Shown: in pieces, positions 23,976-36,734 of the stretch
Layout of the letters: the number at the start of each line of letters is the position of its first letter
Numbering within the stretch: the first letter of the stretch is position 1
DNA from: Malacoraja senta
Lineage: Eukaryota
Assembly: GCA_038087875.1 (NCBI GenBank)
Contig: CM075991.1
Span: 8,682,001 to 8,746,000, forward strand
DNA length: 64,000 nt
Reading direction: 5' to 3'
Notes under the pieces: model-generated
What the model saw: the letters and a program-made list of their open reading frames with translations, nothing else
The model's database searches: none
What the model was told of the DNA's origin: nothing
Translations under genes and position numbers: made by a program

Positions 23976-24660
23976 CATTCCTCTCAGTGAATGGATAATG
24001 CAACACCTCCTACATTCACCCACCAGGCAATGACCTTGTTTTGGGGGGCAGTATATCCGTGTGGGTGTGGGTGAGGCAGTGGAACCATTCAGCCATTGTC
24101 TGAACCAACAACCTCCACCCTTCTCCACACCTCCACTGTTAGTTTAATAGCTTGGGTATCCGTACTAAGTGCGTTTAAGTGCAACAGGAGACTGCCAGAA
24201 TATGCAAATCCCCCTCAATTAAGTGCCAAAGGGTCTTTGGGGTGTAGCACGTGCGTGATATTCCAAAGCAGATTTTTGGTGCAGTTATTTTTTTCAGTGT
24301 AATGCAGTCTCTCTACTGCTGCACACATTCCGGGAAAGTTTGGTAAAACCACTTTAAGAGACAATCAACATTGATGCTGCCACCTACAATAGATGAAAAA
24401 AATCAGGTAATGGAGCAGCTTCTGTTTTCATCTTGAGCACTGACCTGCGTTCATCCCAATCCCTGGTTATCTGCCGAGAATGAAGACTCAACGGCCACGC
24501 GCAACAGAAGCTTGGAAGCCCAGAGAGTCTGGACTCTTCCTCAAATTCTCTCTCCATTAGTGTTTTAATTTCAATAGTGGAGGCCGTCAGCTTTGAAATT
24601 CCCTTCACTGATCTCTCCATCAACAGTGAGACCCTCTCAATAATCCCCATCTCTTTGGAT

Positions 24661-24970
24661 TGCACGGTGGCTCAGTGGTACAGTTGCTGCCTTACAGCGC
24701 CAGAGACCTGGGTTCGATCCTGACTACGGGTGCTGTCTGGCCGGAGTTTGTACGTCCTCCACGTGACCTGCGTGGGTTTTCTCCGAGATTGGTTTCCTCC
24801 CACACTCCAAAGACGTACAGGTTTGTAGGCTAATTGGCTTGGTAAAAAATTGTAAATTGCCCCTAGCCTGTAGGATAGTGTTAGTGTGCGGGGATCGCTG
24901 GTCGGCACGGAGTCGGTGGGCCGAAGGGCCTGTTTCCGCGCTGCATCTCTAAACTAAACTAAACACTAAA
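24661..24970 (+). mobile_element. HE1/V-SINE-type SINE, full length
   Basis: A box TGGCTCAGTGG (24668), B box GGTTCGATCC (24711), V-like core, (CTAAA)n tail, CTCTTTG on both flanks. Confidence 0.95.
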
Positions 24971-25600
24971 CTCTTTGAGCAGGCATTTGTTTGTCTTCCC
25001 CAATATATCCAGGGTTCTGGGTGTTGATCTCTATCGACAACTCTCCTGTGAAACATCTTGGGAATATTTTTGCTCCACGAGAGATACCATATAAATGGTA
25101 ACATGTACATTTCTAAGTCATCTAATTCCCAACAGATTTCAATTGTATCTCTGGATCAATGCATTTAGCAACGCTGAGAAAGGTGCAATGGGAATGCCAG
25201 CACAAAGGGCTTCTCGTGTCTGATAGACACCAGCTTGTGTGGCTGAAAGAAGTCCTGGGTGATATAATGGTCGACTTCACTTCTGTCAATATATTGACAC
25301 AGCAACTGGCATTAAACTGGTCACTGAAGTTAAATTTAAGCAATGAATGAAGACTGTTGCCAAACAAAGGTCGGAGATGAGACTCAACAGCCACAATTCC
25401 AATGGAATTAATTCCCCCTCCTCTCCTGAGTCTTCGCTATACAGCACGGAAACAGCCCTTCAGCCCAACCTGTCCATGCTGGCCAAGGTACCTACCTACG
25501 CTAGTCCCATTTTAGTTCAGTTTAGTTTATTGTCACGTGTACCGAGGTACAGTGAAGTTTTTTTATTGCGTGCTATCCGATCAGCGAAAAGACAATACAT

Positions 25601-26362
25601 CAAATGGTGGCCGACTAGGAAAAGGGGAGATGCAGCGAGACCTGGGTGTCATGGTACACCAGTCATTGAAAGTAGGCATGCAGGTGCAGCAGGCAGTGAA
25701 GAAAGCGAATGGTATGTTAGCTTTCATAGCAAAAGGATTTGAGTATAGGAGCAGGGAGGTTCTACTGCAGTTGTACAGGGTCTTGGTGAGACCACACCTG
25801 GAGTATTGCGTACAGTTTTGGTCTCCAAATCTGAGGAAGGACATTATTGCCATAGAGGGAGTGCAGAGAAGGTTCACCAGACTGATTCCTGGGATGTCAG
25901 GACTGTCTTATGAAGAAAGACTGGATAGACTTGGTTTATACTCTCTAGAATTTAGGAGATTGAGAGGGGATCTTATAGAAACTTACAAAATTCTTAAGGG
26001 GTTGGACAGGCTAGATGCAGGAAGATTGCTCCCGATGTTGGGGAAGTCCAGGACAAGGGGTCACAGCTTAAGGATCAGGGGGAAATCCTTTAAAACCGAG
26101 ATGAGAAGAACTTTTTTCACACAGAGAGTGGTGAATCTCTGGAACTCTCTGCCACAGAGGGTAGTCGAGGCCAGTTCATTGGCTATATTTAAGAGGGAGC
26201 TAGATGTGGCCCTTGTGGCTGAAGGGATCAGAGGGTATGGAGAGAAGGCAGGTACGGGATACTGAGTTGGATGATCAGCCATGATCATATTGAATGGCGG
26301 TGCAGGCTCGAAGGGCCGAATGGCCTACTCCTGCACCTAATTTCTATGTTTCTATGTTTCTA
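25601..26362 (+). mobile_element. Young 5'-truncated CR1-type LINE; uninterrupted ORF2 C-terminal frame (~220 codons, stop 26265)
   Basis: RDLGVMVHQSLKV..QVQQAVKKANGMLAFI..LYRVLVRPHLEYCVQFWSPNLRKDI..LEFRRLRGDLIETYKIL..RVVNLWNSLP; (TTTCTATG)n tail; inserted in a Rex1-type 3'UTR fragment. Confidence 0.97.
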
Positions 26363-27607
26363 TCATTACAATCGAGCCATTTACAGTGTATAGATACATA
26401 ATCATAATCATACTTTATTAGCCAAATATGTTTTGCAACTGACGAGGAATATGATTTGTCCTCATTTTTGGACTTCCTTTCAATGATCCCAGTTGTTGAA
26501 TAGTTAACTGTGCACTGCAGTTTTTGTTTAACGGAGAATGGGCACAGCAGACTTACGCTGAGAATTGAATACTTTTCCACTTGACCTTTCACACTGGCTT
26601 TCTCAACAGTACTTAACAATTTACAGTTGGAATTGGAAATCAGCCAAGCTCTGTTCCATACAGCACAAATACAGGCCCTTCGGCCCACTGGGTCCACACT
26701 AGCCAACTACCACACATCTATATTATTCACCCCACTTTCCCATCAACTGCCCCCCTCCAGATTCTACCACTCATCCACAGAGGCAACTTGTCGAAGCCAA
26801 TTAGCCACATGTCAGGGGTAATGGAGAGAAGGCAGGAGAATGGGGTCAAGAGGGAGAGATAGATCAGCCACGATTGAATGGCGGAGTAGACTTGAAGGGC
26901 CGAATGGCCTAATTCTGCTACTATCACTTATGAACCTAAGTCTTTGAGATGTGGTGGGAAACCGGAGCACCCGGAGGAAACCCACACGGGTAGAACGTGC
27001 AAACTTCACACATGCAGCAAAGGTCAGGCTGCTGGAGTTGTGAAGCAGCAGGGATACACTCACTGTGCCTCTGTGCCATCAATAAACAAACTTGTCTTGA
27101 CTGAAAAATCAGAGGCATTGTATTTCAACCCTATACATAATTAACGGCTATGAAATCGGTCCCTGCCATCTTCTCACCATCAAACCTCATCAATAACCTT
27201 CTCATATTGCCTCCAGATCCTTCAACCTCAATTTTCTTCACTTGTACTTGCGCCTCTTGCATGTGGCTAATTCCACATTCCACAACCATGTAATGAAGTC
27301 TCCCCTGGACACATTACATTCCCTTTATTTTCTTTGAGTAATTATTCGCAGGCCATGATTTCCTCTCCAGCTGTAGGTTGAGAGATAGAGCGTGGAAAAA
27401 TGCCCTTCATCCCACTGTGTCCGTGATGGACAATGATCACCCGTGTGCGTCAGTGTCGATCCTACACACTAGGGGCAATTCTAAAGAAGTCAATTAACCT
27501 GCAAACCCGCACGTCTTTGGAATGATGGAGGAACCTGGAGCACCTGGACAAAACCCACGCGGTCACAGGGGGAACGTACAAACTCCGTATGGATAGCACC
27601 CATAGCC

Positions 27608-28148
27608 TGGTCTCCTAATTTGGTCTCCTAATTTGATGAAGGACATCCTTGTCATTGAGGCAGTGCAGTGTAGGTTCACGAGATTGATCCCTGGGATGGC
27701 GGGACTGTCATATGAGGAGAGATTGAAAAGACTAGGCTTGTATTCACTGGAGTTTAGAAGGATGAGGGGATATCTTATAGAAACATATAAAATTATAAAA
27801 GGACTGGGCAAGCTAGATGCAGGAAAAATGTTCCCAATGTTGGGCGAGTCCAGAACCAGGAGCCACAGTCTTAGAATAAAGGGGAGGTCATTTAAGACTG
27901 AGGTGAGAAAAAACTTTTGTTGTGAATTTGTGGAATTCCCTGCCACAGAGGTCAGTGGAGGCCAAATCACTGGATGGATTTAAGGGAGAGTTAAATGGAG
28001 CTCTAGGGGCTAGTGGAGTCAAGGAATATGGGGAGAAAGCAGGCACGGGTTATTGATTGGGGACGATCAGCCATGATCGCAATGAATGGTGGTGCTGGCT
28101 CGAAGGGCCGAATGGCCTCCTCCTGCACCTATTTTCTATGTTTCTATG
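27608..28148 (+). mobile_element. 5'-truncated CR1-type LINE inserted in an HE1 SINE (minus; 27380-27606 and 28149-28202)
   Basis: WSPNLMKDILVIEAVQCRFTRLIPGMAGLSYEERLKRLGLYSLEFRRMRG...; the SINE resumes after the tail. Confidence 0.95.
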
Positions 28149-29139
28149 TAGTCAGGATCGAACCGGGGTCTCTGTCGCTGTAAGGCAGCAACTCTACCAC
28201 TGGGTCTAGTTGCCCTAGAGAAGGTAGTGGTGAGCCACAGCCTCGGACAGCTGCAGTCCTTTCGAGAGAAGATGCCCCCAACAGTGTCACAAAAGTGTCT
28301 TGGTGGGAGTTTTATAAATTAGGCTGAGTGATGAAGAACCAGGGTACGTTTCCATGTCAGGATGGTGCGTAAATTGGAGGAGACTTGCAGATGGTGGTCG
28401 TCCCTCACACCTCAAGTCTTGCTCTTGATTTGGTGGTAGAACTGTCAATCTTTGAGACACTGTTGGAGTAGACACAAAATGCTGGAATAACTCAGCGTGA
28501 CAGGCAGCATCTCTGGAGAGAAGGACAATATTGTTTCTTGAATCTAATAATCTATTTATTAATCTACAATAACAGCCAATAATAATTTTTAAAAATCTAT
28601 TCATCTTACAATAATATTCAACAACCTACACAGCTTCCAGCAACACTTTTCTTAAACGCAAGGGATGCAGAGGCAAACTGGCCATATTAGTGAGCTCGTA
28701 ATCCAAGAGGTTTGACCTTGTAAACTGGGGCAATTACTGTAAATTCAGTTCCTTAAATAGGTTCTGGAGTTTAAAATGCTAGTTTGACCACAAGGTCAAG
28801 TGATGGCCGTAAATAAATACACCTAGCTCTCAGGGACCCGTTGGCCTTAACTTGTCTAATCTCCACACATACCTGACCCACAGTTATGTTTTTGTGACGC
28901 TTAATCCTACTCTGAAATGGTCCATGAAGATAATTAATAGTGGGCAACAAATGCTGACCTTGCCTGGGCCACCGATGTACTGTGACTCATTGACTACAAA
29001 AATAGTGAACATGGTCTGGTGCTCTGAGGCCACTTTGTGTTCCTGCACTCCATTAGCCCAATGCAGCGAGCATGCGGGTTGTAAATGCATCGTGCCCACA
29101 ACACACTGCACCAGCTGCTGAGACAATCAAGGGCCACGT

Positions 29140-29440
29140 GGTCTAGTTTAGGTTCGAGATACATCGCGGAAATAGGTCCTTCGGCCCACTGAGTCCGCGC
29201 CGACCAGCGATCCCCGCACATTAACGCTACCCAACACGCGCTCGGGGCAGTTTACAACTTTACCGAGCCAATTAGTCAGTACGTCTTTGGAGTGTGGGTG
29301 GAAACTGAAGCTCCCGGAGAAAACCCACGCAGGTCACGGGGAGAACACACAAACTCCGTACAGACATTACTCGTAGTTAGGATGTAACCCGGGTCTCTGG
29401 CGCTGCAAGGCACCAACTCCACCGCTGCGCCACCGTGCCA
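29140..29440 (-). mobile_element. HE1/V-SINE-type SINE
   Basis: Reverse complement of the full head-core-tail structure. Confidence 0.9.
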
Positions 29441-30294
29441 CCTCCACATCTTCGTACCTATTTGATTATATTCTTCTGCTGTCACCCTGTGGGAAGCATG
29501 GTCCTCAATGGTGTCAGACCCAACTCATTGCTGCTTACCTCCAAGTCTTCAACAGGCAGCACCCAAGGTCAGGATTGAACCCAGGTCTCTGGAGGGCTTT
29601 GGGTAGCGAGCAGCACTAACTGCAATGCCACTGCACCACCCCAAACATGCCACGCAGTACAATACAGCACAGCATCAGGCCCTTCAGCCCACAATGTCCA
29701 TGTTGAACATGGTGCCAAGTTAAAACAATTCCCTCTGCCTGCACGTGATCCATATCCCAAGTCGGATGAAAAGTCGTCAACCTGACCTTTTCCAAGATTT
29801 CTTAAATTCTTACTTCAGCTTTCCAGAACGTGCAATGATTTAGATTTAGAGTCATCGAATCATACAGCATGGAAACAGGCCCTTTGACCCAACTTGCCCA
29901 CGCTGACCAACATGTCCTAACTACACTAGTCCCACCTGCCAGCATTTGGGCCATGTCCCTCCAAACCTGTCCTATCCATGTACCTGTCCAACTGCTACTT
30001 AAACATTGTGGTTGTACCTGCAAAAATCGACACAACATTAGGTTTTAGATATAATTAGTCAATTAGCCAATAATGACAGGGACAATGAGGAAGCTTGCAG
30101 ACACTCGATGGTCTATTATAATGAAAGCAGTTAGGTAGAGTTCTCTTTCCACCAAAACAAAAGCGTTCCATAATCAGAGGGAATTCAGAGGCAAGGCCAC
30201 TTTAATCTATCCAATGTTATGCTTTTATCACTTTTTTTATTTGAATCCAGGAAAGCAGTGTGATATTTCCACCAGGATACTGAGTGGTGAATTA

Positions 30295-30845
30295 AGGGCC
30301 TGTCCCACTTGGGCGTCATTTACGCGACAGGCCGGTAGTGACTGTCGCGGGAAAATCGTCTAGCAGTACAACAGTCGCCGCCAAGTGCTCTTGAGGGCCC
30401 TGCTTCTTTTGGGAGCCATTTTGCGATGTCGTTCGTACTTAGTCCGATCTCTGTGGCAAGGATTTTCCCTGTGAAATTTTTTTCAAAACCTCATGCGCTT
30501 TATACCCGTGTGGTCACGTGATGCGGCGCTCAAGTGACGCACGAATGGCGCGGCGACGGCGTACGAGGCGACGCATGGTTATGGACGCTGATGCACGGTG
30601 ACGCATTATAAATTAGCATAGGCAATATTCGTGCGGCACCACTCGCTACACGTACGCCGTCAGTACGTCAGCGTGCACAAGGGATACGTCAGGCAGGGGG
30701 CGCGCGAGGATTTTGAGCATTCTAAAATCCTGGAGGGGGAGGGTTACTGCGCATCACTGCATACGCCACCACGCACCATGCGCGTGTCACGACGCGTGAT
30801 GTCGCATAAATGACGAGCAAATGACGCCCAAGTGGGACAGGCCCT
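30295..30845. mobile_element. PIF/Harbinger-type MITE, 551 bp, CpG-rich
   Basis: 27-bp perfect TIR AGGGCCTGTCCCACTTGGGCGTCATTT; TTA TSD on both sides. Confidence 0.92.
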
Positions 30846-30973
30846 TTAGGTACAATCTTCTCTGTTGGACACATACTCAGTAGAAACCAAATTAAGCTTT
30901 CATGTGTGTCCTGTACAATTAATCAAGAGGAAGCATCTCTTTTTTCCTGGGCTTCATTTGAACAGCGATGGAA

Positions 30974-31095
30974 AGGGCCGGTCCCACTTGGGCGACATTT
31001 GGGCAACTGCGGAGCTTCAGTGACTGACGCCCGTAAAAACGTCAAGTTGCACGACATACACGCTGACGTATGCTGTCATGCGGGTGATGCACGAT
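30974..31095. mobile_element. PIF/Harbinger-type MITE fragment
   Basis: Single TIR AGGGCCGGTCCCACTTGGGCG followed by CpG-rich interior. Confidence 0.6.
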
Positions 31096-31300
31096 TAGGG
31101 TTGAGGCTGTAAAATATTCTTCCTTCGATGCAAGGATTTTAAGCATTAATATATTAAAATTAATACAATAAAATCAATTGTGCAAATGAAAAGATGTCTG
31201 AGTCGTTCTGTTTTATTTATAGATGTATTGGTCCGCTTCCAGATCCGATCACCGTCTCTATAACTTTTCACACGGATGGATTCAGTCAGTGTAGACTGAA

Positions 31301-31519
31301 CTCCCCTCTCCCCTCTTCCCCCCTCCCGCCCCCATCCCGCCTTCTCCATTCCCCCCTACCCTTCTCCCTTCCCCCCTTTCCCCCCCTTCCCTTGCCCCCT
31401 CTTCCTCCCTTCTACCCGCTACACTCTTCTCCCCTTTCTCCACTCCCTCCTCTCCTCACATACCCTTCTCCCCCTATTCTCCACCCCCCCCCACTTTCCC
31501 CGACGCCCCCCCCCCCCCC
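31301..31519. repeat. C/T-rich low-complexity tract (G-rich on the minus strand)
   Basis: Runs of CCC/CT; source of the proline-rich ORF. Confidence 0.9.
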
Positions 31520-31790
31520 ATTTGTGGACCCAGCCTGCGACCAGCGATCCCCCACACACTATCCCACACACGCTAGGGACAATTTACACAGACCTGTGCG
31601 CCTTTGGAGTGCGGGAGGAAGCCCAAACCCTAACCCCAATCCTAACAAAGGATGAAAGGCAGGCTCGATCCACGCCTTAACAGCTTCCAGGTCCGGCTTC
31701 AGTCTGGTTTCACTTTGCAGGTTTAAAACAATCATTAGATTCAACTTCAGGGCTCTTCTTGGAGTTAAACTCAAAGTACTTGGATTAATG

Positions 31791-32146
31791 TATAGGAAAG
31801 AACTGCAGTTGCTGGTTTATTCGAAGATAGACACAAAATGCTGGTGAAACTCAGACTTCAGTTTGAAGAAGGGTCTCGACCCGAAACATCACCTCACAGG
31901 AGGCAGGTTCTCTGGATGCTTTCAAGAGAGAGCTAGATAGGGCTCTTAAAAATAGTGGAGTCAGGGGATATGGGGAGAGGGCAGGAACAGGGTACTGATT
32001 GGGGATGATCAGCCATGATCACATTGAATGGCGGTGCTGGCTCGAAGGGCCGAATGGCCTACTCCTGCACCTATTGTCTATTGTCACCCATTCCTATTCT
32101 CCAGCGCTGTTGCCTGTCCCACTGAGTTACTCGAGCATTTTAAGTC
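31791..32146. mobile_element. PLE-derived fold-back mini-element containing a nested CR1 3' end (31897-32083)
   Basis: Perfect 14-bp TSD TACTTGGATTAATG at 31777 and 32147; hammerhead-like core near 31863. Confidence 0.8.
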
Positions 32147-32432
32147 TACTTGGATTAATGCTGCTTTATCTTCACCGTACAAGGATACAAAGTAGTCTCC
32201 AGCTAATTGAAAGTGGGCACAGGTCCTCAGCCAAACCATGAGATGGTGGAACGCTCAGAGAGAGATACGGCCCTGGAGATGAGTCAGCACGCTGAGCTCA
32301 AACACCAGTCAAGCCCTCTAAACTAATGGTTACAGCTCTGAAACCATTTTGATGGAACTGAAAGCATAAGCAAGCTACACTGTAGGGATGCTGGTGATTA
32401 AGCGTTATCTACGTTGAGTCTAGGCTACGGAA

Positions 32433-32755
32433 GTTTAGTTTAGTTTAGAGATGCAGCATGGAAACAGGCCCTTTGGGCCCACCTCGCCGACCATCGGTCA
32501 CCCGCTCCCACTACTTCTATCTTATCCCAATTTCTCATCAACTCTTGACACATTTGGGGCAATTTTTGTTTACAGAAGCCAATTAATGTACAAACCTGCA
32601 TGTCTTTAGGATGCGGGAGGAAACCGGAGCGCCAGGATGAAAACCCACACAGTCACAGGGAGAACTTGCAAACTCCGCACAGACAGCACCCGAGCTCAGG
32701 ATTGAATCTGGGTCCCTGGCGCTGTAAGACAGCAACTGCGCCAATGTGCTGCCCA
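32433..32755 (-). mobile_element. HE1/V-SINE-type SINE
   Basis: (TTTAG)n tail on the plus strand, V-like core, tRNA-like head. Confidence 0.85.
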
Positions 32756-32982
32756 CCTGCAAAACGTGGCTGGCTGTAAAGTGTGGAAACATCCTCTGAT
32801 AAAGGAGAGAGGATTGAGACAGACCGACAGACAGAGAGATGGAGTCCAACTGGCCAGCACTAGGGATCGTTGTAACTGGGAGGTGAGACATAATTTGGTG
32901 TCAGATGCATTTCTGTTGAAATAAGCAAACATTTCAGGCAACTAATCCATTTCCGAGACTTCATCAGTCAAAGAGAGGAGCT

Positions 32983-33550
32983 AATCTGAGGAAGGACATT
33001 ATACCCAAATCTGAGGAAGGACATTATAGCCATAGAGGGAGTGCAGAGAAGGTTCACCAGACTGATTCCTGGGATGTCAGGACTTTCATATGAAGAAAGA
33101 CTGGATAGACTTGGCTTATACTCGCTAGAATTTAGGAGATTGAGAGGGGATCTTATAGAAACGTACAAAATTCTTATGGGGTTGGACAGGCTAGATGCAG
33201 GAAGATTGCTCCCGATGTTGGGGAAGTCCAGGACAAGGGGTCACAGCTTAAGGATAAGGGGGAAATCCTTTAAGACCGAGATGAGGAAAAACTTTTTCAC
33301 ACAGAGAGTGGTGAATCTCTGGAACTCTCTGCCACAGAGGGTAGTTGAGGCCAGTTCATTGGCTATATTTAAGAGGGAGTTAGATGTGGCCCTTGTGGCT
33401 AAGGGGATCAGGGGGTATGGAGAGAAGGCAGGTACGGGATACTGAGTTGGATGATCAGCCATGATCATATTGAATGGCGGTGCAGGCTCGAAGGGCCGAA
33501 TGGCCTACTCCTGCACCTATTTTCTATGTATCTATGTATCTATGTATCTA
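32983..33550 (+). mobile_element. Young 5'-truncated CR1-type LINE, near-identical to 25601-26362
   Basis: ORF 33041-33445 differs from the 25537-26265 translation at only a few residues; (TATCTATG)n tail. Confidence 0.97.
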
Positions 33551-33679
33551 ACACAGTACATTATGCAAGATGTTACCAGGAAAGATCATTTCAGCAGGAT
33601 GCAACAAACAAACTGAGGCAAATGAAGACACAAGGAGCCACAGATATTGGATATTGATCTTCTTGAAGCAACTTCCACT

Positions 33680-34230
33680 GATACGCCGTAGAGAGCATTT
33701 TATCGAGATGCATCACAGCATGGGTTTGGGAACAGCTCCATCCAAGACCGCAAAAAATCGCAGAGAATTGTTGACACAGGCCAGACCATCACACACAATA
33801 AAACCAACCTCCCTTCCATTGACACCATTCATACCTCACGCTGCCTCGGCAAGGCCAGCAGCATAATGGAGGACGAGTCTCATCCCTGTCACTCCCGCTT
33901 CTCCCCTGCAAGTGGCACAGAAGTGTGAAAACAAACACCTCCAGATTCAGGGACAGTTTCTTCCCTGTTGTCATCACGCAACTGAACCATCCTATCACCA
34001 ACTACAGAGTAGTCCTGAGCTGCCAACAACCTCATTGGAGACCCTTGGACCATCGTTAATCGGAATCTACTAGATTTATCTTGCAATGTACGTTATTCCC
34101 TTTACCCTGTATCTATACGCTGTGGACGGCTCGATTGTAATCCTATATAAACTTTCTGCTGACAGGATAGTATGCAAAAAAAAAGGCTTTTCATTGTACC
34201 TTGGAGCTTGTGACAATAAACTGAACTAAG
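33680..34230 (+). mobile_element. Rex1/Babar-type LINE 3' fragment
   Basis: ESIL..CITAW...; RSVKTNTSRFRDSFFPVVITQLNH; 3'UTR ending AATAAACTGAACTAA. Confidence 0.8.
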
Positions 34231-34529
34231 CCTGAATAAAACGCAAAGTGCTGGAGGAACTCAGCGGGTCCAGCAACATCTGTGGAGGAAATTGATAGGT
34301 GATATTTTAGGTTGGGACCCTTCTTCTGAGGAGGGGAAGATGGTGAGGATTTTGACTGGTGGATGGGTGGTGTAAATGAGAAAGGCCAGAGGTGAAAAGA
34401 AGGGAAAAGGATGTCAGTTAAGGAGAGAAGGGGAGTGAAATGTAAAGCTAGAGGGAGGGGGAAAGGTGGAAGGAGGACAAATAAGAGACAAATATTGATG
34501 CCTCTGAATATCCATGCACTGGTCCTGGA

Positions 34530-34677
34530 CACCATACAGGCGTCACCCCGCTACAAAGAGTCGTACATTTTCTGGTCGCTGCTGGATTATCAACATGTTG
34601 AAAAATTTCGGCCACCTGCTGCGACTATGACGGGTACCGGCAGTTGCCGAGAAAATCACGTAAGTGGGACAGGCCCT
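34530..34677. mobile_element. PIF/Harbinger-type MITE right half (subfamily of 4003-4332)
   Basis: Ends TCACGTAAGTGGGACAGGCCCT then TTA; interior matches 4140-4332. Confidence 0.8.
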
Positions 34678-34680
34678 TTA

Positions 34681-35622
34681 GAAACAGAAACATAGAAAAT
34701 AGATGCAGGAGGAGGCCAATTGGCCCTTCGAGCCAGCACTGCCATTCATTATGATCGTGGCTGATCATCCACAATCAGTAACCCGTGCCTGCCTTCTCCC
34801 CATATCCCTTGATTCCACTAGCCCCAAAAGTTCTATCTAACTCTCTTTTAAATTCACCCAGTGAATTGGCCTCCACTGCCCTCTGTGGCAGAGAATTCCA
34901 CAGATTCACAACTCTCTGGGTGAAAACGTTTGTTTCTCATCTCAGTTTAAATGGCCTCCCCTTTATTCTTAGCCTGTGGCCCCCTGGTTCTGGACTCCCC
35001 CCAACATTGGGAACATTTATCCTGCATCTAGCTTGTCCAGTCCTTTTATAATTTTATATGTTTCTATAAGATGCCCCCTCATCCTTCTAAACTCCAGTGA
35101 AATCAAGCCCAGTCTTTCCAATCTTTCCTCATATGACAGCCCTGCCATCCCGGGGATTAACCTCGTGAACCTACGCTGCACTGCCTCAATAGCAAGGATG
35201 TCCTTCCTCAAATTAGGAGACCAAAACTGCACACAATACTCCAGAAGTGGTCTCACCAGGGCCCTGTACTACTGCAGAAGGACCTCTTTACGCCTTTACT
35301 CAAATCCTCTCGTTATGAAGGCCAATATGCCATTAGCTTTCTTCACTGCCTGCTGTTGTTGCATGATTACTTTCAGTGACTGGTGTACAAGGACACCCAG
35401 GTCTCGTTGCACTTCCCTTTTCCTAATCTGACACAATGAGATAATAATCTACCTCCTTGTTCTTGCTGCCAAAGTGGATAACCTCACATTTATCTACATT
35501 ATACTGCATCTGCCATGCATCTGGCCACTCACTCAACCTGTCCAAGTCACCCTGCAACCTCCTAGCATCCTCTTCGCAGTTCACACTGCCACCCAGCTTT
35601 GTGTCATCTGCAAATTTGCCAG
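34681..35622 (-). mobile_element. CR1-type LINE fragment reaching into the RT domain (frameshifted)
   Basis: KFADDTKLGGSVNCEEDARRLQGDLDRLSEW..WQMQYNVDKCEVIHFG, then VRPLLEYCVQFWSPNLRKDIL...; 3'UTR and tail at 34681. Confidence 0.95.
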
Positions 35623-36734
35623 TGTTACTTTTGGGGTATAGACAATAGCTGGGGTAGCCCTGTTGGCCTGTGTGGGCAAGTTGGGCCGAAAGGCCTGTTT
35701 CCACTCTGTACGACTGTGACTAATCCAGTGGATTCAACAAATGAATGACTTTGAAATCTTCTTGTTCAGTCGTTCACTCTGGGGAACAGACATAAAGCCT
35801 TCTGTCTAATTCAAATTATTGAACAATTATAGCTTTATCTGTTCAAGGGAAGATTAACGAGTTACTTGAGCTACTTAATTCCACAAACTAAATTGTTCAA
35901 AACCTGCAGTACACAAAAAAGAAATCAGATTGCATATACTGTACACTGAAACTCAAGATCAATTTGATTAAAGGAGACATGTTTTTCCACAATATTATCT
36001 TTGAAATGTTCCGATTTAATTTGTGTTTCTTTACATATGGGACCATTAGCTTTCTGGAAAGCCTGTTTCCATTGTCATGATGGTTCTGTAGCTTCTCACT
36101 TAGGAACCGCTACCTGCACTGCACATGGATTATCTCAGATTTACTTCCGCCTCTGTCTCTCTCGTGTCGTGGCTTCTGCCTCAAGGCTTCCTGGAAGATG
36201 CAGAGGTCAGATTTGGTCCGTGGGTTGCTCCTTACACTCACCTCCCAATCATCCGCTCCATTGAAAATTTGAAACATTTGCTCAACAAGAATAACCAATG
36301 TTTAAGAAGGAACTGCAGATGCTGGAAAATCGAAGGTAGACAAAAATGCTGGAGAAACTCAGCTGGGTGAGGCAGCATCTATGGAGCGAAGGAAATAGGC
36401 AACGTTTCGGGCCGAAACCCTTCTTCAGACTAAACAATGGATGGCCAAAAATACAACAACTTTCCAGGGCTTGCGACCAAAGCTGTGGACTTGACCTGGA
36501 CTAATGGAGTTGGAAACAGGCCCTATGACCAACTTGCCCAAGATATCCCATCTATGCTAATCCTACCTGATCTTGTTTGGCCCACGTCTCTCTAAACCTT
36601 TCCTATCCATGTACTAGGATGCATGTACATGGACCTGTACGTACATCTACCAGCCTTAACTACCTCCTCTGGCAGCTTGTTCTATAGGATCCACTCATTC
36701 CACCTGTTGTAATTACTGCTACCTTTGAGGAGAT

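Noticed and set aside
24661..24730. tRNA genes
   Set aside because: A/B boxes belong to SINE heads followed by core and LINE-like tail; no complete cloverleaf
25284..25299. 16-bp palindrome TGTCAATATATTGACA
   Set aside because: About one such palindrome is expected by chance in 64 kb; no supporting context
25537..26265. 242-aa ORF as a host gene
   Set aside because: 5'-truncated CR1 ORF2 C-terminus with LINE 3'UTR and tail; the start codon lies in an unrelated repeat
31621..31646. Telomere-like CCCTAA repeats
   Set aside because: Only about four degenerate units; too short to call an interstitial telomeric site
31194..31655. Proline-rich 153-aa ORF
   Set aside because: C-rich low complexity plus a SINE fragment
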